Positions 53,609-64,000 of a stretch of DNA of 64,000 nucleotides are shown here, in pieces; position 1 is the first letter of the stretch; every line of letters begins with the position of its first letter. A model generated the notes under the pieces. That model searched no databases. It was not told where the DNA came from and saw nothing but the letters and a program-made list of their open reading frames with translations. A program made the position numbers and the translations under genes. The stretch is taken from positions 1,550,001 to 1,614,000 of the forward strand of contig NC_045138.2 of the NCBI RefSeq assembly GCF_008831285.2. Reading direction: 5' to 3'. Source of the stretch: Nymphaea colorata. Lineage: Eukaryota.

Positions 53609-56281
53609 CATCACATGGTTTAAATTTTTCTTACATATTTTGTTTTTTGGTGGTTATTCTATAATAATTCCATGATTGGGAAATGAACCTTTTAAAATAC
53701 ACTAACTAAAGATCCCTGATGATCTCATGGAATGTTGTTTTGGATCTGGGCATGCATTTTAACATATTGGATCTCTAACTAAAGAACGCCATTCAAACAG
53801 ACTCCACACCTGGTTTCACCTTTATATCATCAAAAGAATCAGACTAACCTATGGTCAATTCATGAAACGGTTATTACAATATTATGCATGGATTTGTTTG
53901 AATCTGTGTTCTACTAGCCATTTTGCCATCTGACTAATTGGACATTGGTGAAACAAATCCAAAACCCAGCTAAGATTCACATAGAAAAATGCATAAAAAC
54001 TAAACCAGGTTACTCATACGTACGTGAAAGGCTGATTATTAATCGGACCCTGGATTTCTGAAATATCCAATCAACATAAATTTGTATTTGATATCTGAAT
54101 CAATTCCTAATAGTCTATATATATTCGTATTTGGCAGTAAATGTTGCTTTCAAATTTCCAATCACCCTAAAAACTATGGGAATTTTGTTTTTCGAGCTTA
54201 TGTTTTTCTTATAATTGCAATCACACTTCATAAAACACTGCCAAAATAACCGTACAAAGTAAAAACCAGTTGAACCAAAAAAAATTCGATGGATCAATGG
54301 GTTTTTAAAGTGCTTAAAATCCTGTTTGTTTGAACAGAAATGAAATTCCAAAGACGGATTTGAGTCTAGAACCAGAGGCTGGTGAAGAAGATCAGGATGG
54401 AGACGACTCCGAACCTAAGGCTATTGACGGATCTCAAGAACGGATCTGAGATCTGCAGCTTTTCATGGATTTAAGATCAGACCCCACCCTGCAATCCGAC
54501 CATAAATCCATGGTTTTTTAACACATAGCATGAATTTTAAAAAGTGATCAAGGTTGTGTTTGTTTCAACATGGATCTGAGATCCGTAACGCTCCATGGAT
54601 TTAAGATCAGAACTTGATCCATAATTTTTTAACATGCAGCATGAATTTTGAAAGCCAAGCTAATGAACTGAAGATCTCTGAAAACGTACTCATTTTTATA
54701 TAGCCTTAGGTTTAAGATCTGAGACTAAACGCAACCCACATGAAATAGGCCACTGAATGTGTCATTGAAAGGGAAGTAAGTGGTTAGGGTTGGGATTTAA
54801 TCTACTGATCACAATTTTTGAATTAATCAGATATTTCTTAATTGAATCTGTGCTTGGGCTCAGAACTGGAGTTGAATTTTTGAAGCCGAACCCGAATATG
54901 TCAATGATAAGACAACAGGTTCAGATCCGCATTCACTGAGTTGTTGATCACATCGGTCATTCGAACTCTACAATTAATGAATCGGATTAGGATCCAAATC
55001 AGTTTCTCTTACCAGATCCTACTAAATGGATGTGGTTTTGGACTGAAATAGGATCTTATCCACCCATTAAGATCCTACTCAAGAAGTAATAATGTTTTTT
55101 GCTAAAAATGCTACAATTCATTTACGAAAAAGGTCTGAAGCCCTGATCCCCTTTCCCTTGTCAATATGGTCAGTAGCAGAGATGGGTGCAGGCTGGTGTA
55201 AGTAATTGCCAACGCCAACCAACACATATGGTCAGTAGCGGAGCTGGGTGCAGGCTGGTGTAACTAATTGCCAACGCCAACCAACACAAGTTCTTGAAAA
55301 AGTTTACTACGAGGTAGTTGGATGTAATGTCCACTCTAGACTCACGTCAATGCCCCATAAGCACCAAACCTTCTAAAGTTAGTGCCCATTTAATAAAATT
55401 TTTCTGCTCGGCCACTTTATATGGTTTAAGGCCGCTTTAAGTTTGTGTGAACCCATGGTATACCCATCAATTAGAGGATTGTATTGTCATTGTTTTCTGT
55501 TGAGCTACGTAACAACCATAGAAATAAAATTGATGATCCAACTCTTGCCAACCGCCAGCCCGACTAACTACACTACTACCAGTGGCGGAGCTACTTGTAG
55601 GCTGGTGTGGGCAATTGCCCACATCAGCCAAACAAAAATCTTATTATAGCGTATCAAGATCACATTGTCATGACTCACAAATTACATGTTATGCGGACAC
55701 CAAACTTGTGTTGCCAACTCAAGTGTCCCTTAGCGAAAAAATTCTGGCTCTGCTGCTGACTGCAACATATTTGATCTTCAAAGTTCACAAAGGTTATCCA
55801 CACCAAAAACATAAGCCGTCAAACAATCTTAGTTTGTGATATCATATTCATTGTTCGCGACAAAGTTTCAACCTTTTTCTAGCAAATAAACTGGTACGGA
55901 TCTGCCTAACTCCAACCGAAAAAATAAAATTAAATTAAGAATGTCAATGTTGATATGCCACCAAGAATAGATCCAAGAAGTCTAAATTAAGTTTTTTTAG
56001 GACATTTTGTCAATATTGATCTAAAATTTTCTTAGACCAAGAAAGAGGAAGTTTGTTCAAATAAAAATATTTCAAAAAGAAAAGAGAAAAAAGTATTATT
56101 CTACCAGCTGCTTTTGAGATTTTTTTAACGTATCTGAAAGCGTGTGGAATTGGGTAAGTTAAACTTTTACGTGCCGTCTCTTGTTTAGACCCAGCTAATC
56201 GATCGACCTCCTTTTTTTTATTTTCAAAGGATCAAATTATGAAAGAAGACAGTGATTTAACTTCCATTCAGCTGCCGGCTT

Positions 56282-56287
<6 letters not shown>

Positions 56288-56343
<56 letters not shown>
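56288..56343. repeat. (TA)n microsatellite in a segment absent from copy A
   Basis: Seen directly. Confidence 0.95.
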
Positions 56344-56344
<1 letters not shown>

Positions 56345-57193
56345 CAATTGGCAACATCTAATCACCTGGCGGATTCAAACTTTTGTATATATACATATCT
56401 CCATATAGAGGTCTGGCAATTGAGAATTGTAAATGATAAGAATTGGTAAGAAGGCTTTTGTCATTTTTTGTTGTACTGGATCAGCTTTAGACCGGACGGC
56501 CGGTTCATGCGGTGCACGTCCAGCCGTTCCCATTGAATGGAATATATGATTACCACTAGATCTGTCCTTTTATCGTGAATGAACACCATTTGGTTGGTGG
56601 ATTGCTGGTCTTAACTTCTATGAGACCCAAAAGTGATTAATTAAGTATGAGAAGTTGATGTGTTGAGCAATGAAGAGTTTCATATTCTCAAGCTTCCATA
56701 ATGTCATGCTGCCCACATCAATGTGGTACTGTTGAAAATGAGGAGGAGAAGATGGTTGGTTGAACAACAAAGCAGACTCAGAAAGTGGATTAGCTATTGC
56801 ACCAGCTTTCCTTTTCAAAGCACTCTAGTCAATGCATAATATTTTTTTTGCGAGAATATTTTGGATAATGCCAGAGGCAGAGCCATATGATGATTGGTGT
56901 GGGCAGTTGCCCACACTAATCTCTTTAAAATTTAATTATATCTTAAATGGGCATTTCCAATCAATTTTTCTGGCTCCGCCACTAGAGAAAGGTATGCCGT
57001 GGCCAGAAACAGACTGGTATCGAGCAGCTCAGCAATTGACTTGGTTCAGTTTGCTGTGAGCTTGGTCATGGTCAGCAAAACTATGCTGAAGCAGTTTTCT
57101 GTAGTCAAACAGAGTTGAGTTCAAATAAGTCAAGTTCTTACAACTTGAACTAAACTCATTAAAATTTCAAGTTATCAAGTTGTGTTTTTTCAT

Positions 57194-59718
57194 TGGTTCA
57201 TTGTCTAACTAATTTTTAGTCGGTTCATTTTCTGACTGTTCCTTATACTATTCCTGCTCAGTTGGTTCATTTCTAAACTGACCTCCAATCAGTTCATTAC
57301 CAGTCTGACCTCCAGTCGGTTCATTACCAGATTGTTCCTCTGAGTAAATCAGATCATCTAGTGTATCATTTTGATATTCCATTGGATCAAAATCTTTATT
57401 ATTGAGTTTTTTTATAAACTCTACATCTCTTTCTATAAGTCCCGTAGATGAATGATACAATTTGTGACTCTTGGATCCTTTAGGATATCCAACAAATATA
57501 CATCTCACTGATCTGTTATCTAGTTTATCTAGTTTTGGATCTAGAATTTTTATGTGTGCTATAGATCCCTATCTCCTTAAATTTCTCAGATCTAGTTTTA
57601 CACCAGTCCATCTTTCATAAGGAGTAGTTGGGACTGCTTTGCAGGACACTCAGTTTATTGTATACATAGCTGTTAACGCAGCTTCTCCCCAAAAAACTTT
57701 TGGTAAATGTGCTCCTGCCAACATGGATCTCACCATGTTCAAGAGGGTTCTGTTACACCTCTCAGTCACACCATTTTGTTGTGGTGTCCTAAGAATTTTC
57801 TTTTGCTTATTAATTCCAAGGTCTTTGCAGTATTCGGAGAATTCACTAAAAGTGTATTCTCCTCCTCGATTAGACCCTTACAATTTTGATGTTTCTTCCA
57901 AGTTGCCTCTCAACTTCAGATTTGTATTCCTTGAATTTCTCAAATGCTTCTGATTTATGTCTAATTAAGTATATGTAACCAAATCTTGAGAAGTCGTCAA
58001 TAAACGTGATGAAGTATAACTTGCCACCATGAGTTTGGATTCTGAAAGGTCCGCAGATACCACTATGAATTATCTCCAATAATTCAATGGCCCGAATTAC
58101 TTCAAACGAAAATGGTTTTCTTGTCATTTTTTCGTATACACATTACTTGCATTTTGTAAAATCATTTATATTTATGTCAGGTATTAAACCTTATTGTGCT
58201 AGAGTCCGCATCTTTTTTATGCTTATATGGCTTAATCTTTTATGCCATAAGTTTGTGTTTACACTCATTGCACAATCAAAATAAGCAGAACTGAAAGCTT
58301 CATTCATATAATTCAGTTTGAACATACCATGTTCTTTTAAAAATTTTCCACCAAACATGAACATTCAATGTTTTCCCACTGTTACTTTTCCTGAAATAAA
58401 ACGTACTTCAAAACTTTTCCTAGTCAGTGCTGGAATAGACACTAGATTCCTCCTCATGGAAGGGACATACAAAACCTCGTTAAGTACAACACTTGTACCC
58501 TCAACATTTAGATGATATGCCCCAATTCTCATGACATCACAATATGAGTTGTTTCCCATATAGACCTTGTGGGTTCCTGGACTCAGATTTTCCATGTGGA
58601 TCACTCTTTTTTTTTGTCTTTGCAATGTGATGAATAGCTCCCGAATCAACCCACCATCCAGTTAGATCTCCATATGCAAACAGACATTCTGACACGACAC
58701 AGATGACTTCTCTATCAGAGTCCCCTTGAGGCTTCCTTTTGTTGTAGTTGCCTTGACCATTGTTGTCTTTCATATTTGAGAATTTTGTCCTGTAGTTTTT
58801 CCTTATATGTTCAAGCTTTTCGCATCTGGAGCATTTCACTACAGTTCCTTGAAATTTCTTAGTACCTGCAAAATTGCCCTTGAACTTGCCATCATTTCAA
58901 TTTTTAAATTGTTTTGGTTTTAAAGGCACATGACTACTAGCAGGTTTTTCCTGGACTGTCATCAATTCTATTCTATTTCTCTTGGTCAGACGTTGTTGCT
59001 ATAGAGCTAACTGTATAGGAAGTTTTTCTAAAGTAAGATTATCAAATTGGACACTGAAGACAGTAACTGCCACATCTCAAGAATGAGGTAGGCTATTCAG
59101 GATTGTGCTGATCTGCATATTGTCAGATATGACATTCCCCACCACGGCTAAATCTTTAGCCATGACCAACATTTTATTAACATGGTCCATTACGTTGTCT
59201 GACTCTTTCATCCTATAGAAATTATACTGTTCTAACAGTAATTGTACGTGCATCGCGGTCATAGTATTGTATTTGGAAGAAATAGTATCAAAACATTTCC
59301 CTGGTAGTTGGACAATCCTCAAATACTCTGATCTGATCATCTTTCATGAAGGCTAACATGATGGTTTTAGCCATTAGATCATCAGTGGTAAAGGACTCAT
59401 ATGCCCTTTTTTCTTCATTTGGAGGTTTGTCTCTTAAAGTATGAAAAGACTGGTTGATCACATAAATGAGTCTTTCCAAAGTCAATGTCATCATTATCCT
59501 ACGCTTTCATGCATGGAAATTTGTCCCATTCAGCTTTTCAGTCTTAGCTAATTCAAAGGCTCCCACTCTTGATGTCATTTCTTTTTCGGACGTTGATCTC
59601 TTGGCTCTGATACCACTGTTGGAGCAAACCATGTAGCAGCGGAAGATGCACGTCTGGAGGTTGCACGTCGTCTCCTTTCATTAGGTGTTCCCCACAACCA
59701 AGTGCAGCAGTCACGAAC
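57194..59718 (-). mobile_element. Ty1/copia 5' half (LTR end, Met-i PBS, gag, protease, integrase), inverted relative to its 3' half
   Basis: PBS TGGTATCAGAGC at 59615-59604; ATG at 59578 then EKLNGTNF; ILNSLP; WWVDSGA; FIDDFSRFGYIYL; RCIFVGYP; multiple stops. Confidence 0.9.
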
Positions 59719-61809
59719 AGTCGTCATCTCAGACGTTATCAGGTCATAAAAGACCTAGAGCTCCTCCTTCATATTTGAATGATTATTATATATGTCTGGC
59801 AGATGAGCTATGGTATTTAGCAGATATTGATGAAATGTATGACAATCTGACATATGATGAAGCCATTAGCTCGCATAAATCATCAGATTGGGTGAATGCT
59901 ATGGATGAAAAAATTGAATCCATAAAAAAGAATAAAGTTTGGGAATTAGTAGATCTTCCTAATGACAGAAAGCTCATTGGATGTAAATGGGTGGTGAGGA
60001 AGAAGTATAAAGCTGACAAATTAGTCGAAAAATTCAAAGCCAGACTGGTAGTGAAAGATTTTTCCCAAAAGAAAGGAATTGATTACTCAGAGACCTATTC
60101 ACTGGTTGCAAAGTTTGCATCAATCAGAATAATTTTGGCTATCGCGGCATTCTATGACTTGGATATTTGTCAGATAGATGTGAAGACTGGTTTTCTGAAT
60201 GGTGAATTGAAAGAAACTATATATATGACTCAACCACAGGGATATGTCATCAAGGAAAAAGAAGACAAAGTATACAAGTTGAATAAATCGTTGTATAGAC
60301 TGAAACAGTCTCCTAGACAATGGTATTTTGTTTTTGAGAAAGCATTTACAAAACTTGGGTTCGTTGCAAACCAACTAGGCCACTGTGTTTATGTTTGGAA
60401 AAGTGGGAGTCTTTTCTGTATTCTATCATTATATGTTGATGACATATTGCTAACAAGAAATGATAACAATATTATATTCAAAACGAAGACTTGGCTGAAC
60501 AAAAACTTCTAAATGAATGACTTGGGTGAAGCATCCTATATATTAGGAATAAAAATCACTTGAGATAGAAACTCAAGAATCCTGAGTTTAAGCCAGGAAT
60601 GGTATATTAATTATATCTTGAAGAAATTTCATATGTTAGACTACAAACCAATTGGGACTCCTATAGCTGAAGTAGCAAACTTAAACATGAGTGATTGTCC
60701 TGGTGAAGGACAACAAAAATTAAATGTTCCATATGCACAAGCAGTTGGCAGTCTGATGTATTTAATGCTTTGTACTAGACCAGACATAAGTTTTTCCATT
60801 GATCTGGTAAGTTGTTATCAAAGTAATCTTGGATGGTCTCATTGGCAAGCAGTCAAAAGAATTTTTTGGTATATTAAAGGAACGAAAGGACTGAAATTGT
60901 CTTATCAAGCAGATGAGCTAAATTTAGTTGGCTATTCCGATGCAGATTTTGCAAGCTGTAAAGATTATAATAAATCCACTTCGGGGTATGTTTTTCTCTT
61001 TGAATGTAGGGCGATAGCCTGATCCTGTAAGAAACAGGGATGTGTTGCTCAGCACACACAGGAAGTAGAGTATCTTGCTTGTCTTTTGCTGTATAGATAA
61101 ACCGGTTCCTAAAAGAATTGAAATTAAATCTTGATCATAAACCTGTTCAATTGTACTGTGATAATCAGGCAGTGATATCTCTTATGAAGAATGGAGTTGT
61201 TAGCTCAAAGAGTAAACATATAATAGTGAAATATCATTATGTTAATGAAATGATCGAGAAAAATGAAATCTCAGTTGATTACTTGCCTACCAATGAATGG
61301 AAAACCTCGCTATAAACATTGAAAAAGGTTTAGGTTACGTTGGATAAACCAATTAAGGAAAACCACGTAACAAATTGAATATAGAAAACCCACAGAAAGT
61401 GGAAGCAAACTGACGGTCTCATGGCAAAGTAGGAGATGTTGGATAGTAGCCATTGAGCCCTATCCAGATATCTAGTAACTGCAAAGCAGTTATTAGATTT
61501 TATTTTAAAACTGTTCCTAAAAAATCTCCCAAGGAACCGCAACTAGGGTTTGGGGAAAACCTAAGGGGCTGGACTTCATATTCCTAGCAAGCTTTCTTGA
61601 ACATATCAGCCGTGAGAAACCCCTTGGAAGGAAACCCCAAAAACTAATATCTGCTTCTTCCTCCTTCTCTTGCACTTGTTCTGTTTCTCTCATTTACAGA
61701 GGTACCCGTTCGTGACTACTGCACTTGGTTGTGGGGAACACCTAACGAAAGGAGACGATGTGCAACCTCCAAACGTGCATCTTCCACTGCTACATGGTTT
61801 GCTCCAACA
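59719..61809 (+). mobile_element. Ty1/copia 3' half (RT, RNase H, 3' LTR ending ...CCAACA)
   Basis: KFKARLV, QIDVKTGFLNG, LYVDD, GYSDADFA, YCDNQA, SKHI; 61708-61809 is the reverse complement of 59617-59718. Confidence 0.9.
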
Positions 61810-62544
61810 AGAGCATCTTCACTCTGACTTCCATGGCCTGAGGCGAAGCAACCTCCACCTCTTCCATCACCAACAGCTTGCCTGCCTCCCATGCAACAGC
61901 AGCTAACACCAACACAAGCAGACATACATATCAGATGAAAGCGTCTCAACAAAAGACAGGAAGAACTACCATCTAAAACAAAGGTTCCCCTCATTTTGAT
62001 CTGGATCACCTCCATTAAAATCTAATCTAAAAGAATCCCAAAACCTTGCAGCAAACTTCGCCGCATACCCACGAGAAGGAAATCTTCAAACGTCAAAACA
62101 GACCAAGATTAAAATCCTTTTCTTCATTCTAAAACAGCACAAAAGAAACTAGAAAACTAATGATAATCCAACGTCTATCAGACCAAAACCTTGAAAGCCC
62201 ACAAAGTAAGCAACAAGATTTTTTTCAATCAGACAGTCCATACCTTTGCATCGGATCTCCTGACCAGCAGTAGGCTAGTAGCCATTTCGCTTCAACAGAG
62301 ATGAACAAGTTATAAAGATCTGCATTTCTTGAACAATCTGAATCACTTCGATGTCCAGAGTGTAGGAGCTCAGAGTTATTTATAACTTTAGCATAGGGGG
62401 CTTAAACGGAGAGAAAGAAAGAGAGGACTGCACTTGTTTTTTGGGGAGGAAGCACGCTAACTTCAATTCATTTGGCTGATTTAAGGTTGCCAAACAGGGG
62501 CTATCCACTTTCCCAATGACAACAACAGCCCTGAGAGTACTACT

Positions 62545-64000
62545 TTGGAGGAGGGCGAAGTAACCACCAATGTCGAACCTCAACTAGGACTAAGACGTCC
62601 TTCTAGAGTAACTCGGCCTCCATCCAAGTTAAGTGATTACTATATTTACTTATCTGCTGACAATCTTCATTCAATAGAAAATTATCTCTCGTTTGAAGCT
62701 CTCTCTCATAACTACAAATCATACATTTTTGCCACTTATGGGCATCAACAGCCAAGAAACTTTAATGAAGCTAGTGCAGACTTAGGATGGAGGGCAGCCA
62801 TGGAAGAAGAAATCAAGGCACTTGAAAAGAATCATACTTGGGATCTTGTTCCTCTACCAGATGAAAAAAAATTGGTAGGATGTAAATGGATCTACAAAAT
62901 AAAGTTCAAGAACAATGGAGAAGTGGAGCGATATAAGGCATGCCTCATTGCAAAGGGCTTCTCTCAGACAGAAGGAATCGATTACAATGAAACCTTTGCT
63001 CCAGTAGCAAAAATGAACACGGTGAGAGCGCTCCTTGCAGTTGCATCTACAAAAAGGTGGAACCTCCTTCAACTTGACGTAAAAAATGCATTTCTCCATG
63101 GCGAATTAGAAGAAGAAGACTACATGAAAGCCCCACAAGGAATTAACTGTCAATCTGGACATGTTTGCAAACTAAGGAAAACTCTTTACAGATTAAAGCA
63201 ATCACCTCATGCCTGGTTCGCTTGTTTAAGGACAACACTCATCAAGTATGGATTTCAGCAAAGTTCTGTCGATTACACCATGTTCACATTCACTAGAAAA
63301 ACCAAGGTAACCATTTTGCTTGTGTACGTAGATGATATCATTATTACTCGAGATGATTCTGAGATCATGCAGTCTATAAAGAAATTTTTAAATAGTGAGT
63401 TTGAAATCAAAGACCTTGGTCTCTTGCGGTACTTGGAATAGAAGTGGCTCACTCAGACAAAGGAGTTTTTATATGTCAACGCAAATACACAATTGATCTT
63501 CTGAAAGACACTGGATATCTTGGAGCTAAGCCTGCAAATACGCCCCTTGAGATGAACTACAAACTAAGAAAGAAGATGGTGATATTGTCAAAAACAAAGA
63601 AAGTTTTCAAAAACTAGTTGGAAAATTTATATATTTGACTGTTACACGGCTTGGCATCATGTATGCTGTTAGTGTAATTAGCCAATTCATGCACCAGTCG
63701 AGATCCCATCATATTGAAGCAACTCATCGGACCCTAAGGTATTTAAAAGGGACACCAGGAAAGGGAATGCTAATGAGACAAGATCAACCTCATCATCTTC
63801 TTGGCTATTGTGATGCAAATTGGGTTGGAGACCCAAATGACAGACGATCAACATTAGATTTCTGTACATTTATTGGAAGAAATTTGATCACTTGGCGAAG
63901 TAAAAAGCAAGCTGTTGTAGCTCGATCCAGTGCTGAGGCTGAATACCAAGCCATGGCCATATGTGCGTGTGAATTGATTTGGCTTAAGCACCTCCTTAAG
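62545..64000 (+). mobile_element. Separate decayed Ty1/copia RT-RNase H, runs off the window
   Basis: QLDVKNAFLHG, LKQSPHAWF, LLVYVDDII, YCDANW, WRSKKQAVVARSSAEAEY; frameshifts. Confidence 0.92.

Larger units (their letters stand above)
43535..57193 (+). repeat. Segmental tandem duplication, copy B
   Basis: Starts gattcaaaacagaatgtgataag (=23026); ends tgtgttttttcat (=35766) where copia sequence begins. Confidence 0.97.

Noticed and set aside
61810..62540. Possible LINE ORF1 relic on the minus strand
   Set aside because: No diagnostic motif can be read with confidence.

Overview
AT-rich flowering-plant nuclear DNA; the species cannot be determined from the sequence alone. The first ~8 kb is gene space: the last five exons of a cytosolic pyruvate kinase (+), two intact, diverged tandem NdhT/CRRJ genes (-) and a tRNA-Ala(UGC). 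The rest is nested retrotransposon debris (Ogre/Tat-like long LTRs, decayed Ty1/copia elements, MITEs) overlaid by a ~20.5-kb-period tandem duplication (23026-35766 matches 43535-57193). The main finding, present in both copies, is a ~1 kb fold-back: two ~95%-identical inverted copies of the N-terminal, non-kinase coding region of an RLCK-V-type (At2g42960-like) receptor kinase around a 101-nt loop, with TATA and site II motifs just upstream. It is a candidate hairpin-siRNA or proto-miRNA gene formed by inverted duplication of a target fragment; expression is not shown by sequence. Other findings are a 68-bp plastid rpoC2 filler inside a copia RNase H, a copia element with its 5' half inverted, and an apparently homogenised 2.6 kb tract upstream of the hairpin. 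All alignments and counts were done by eye, and family assignments are from recalled motifs.
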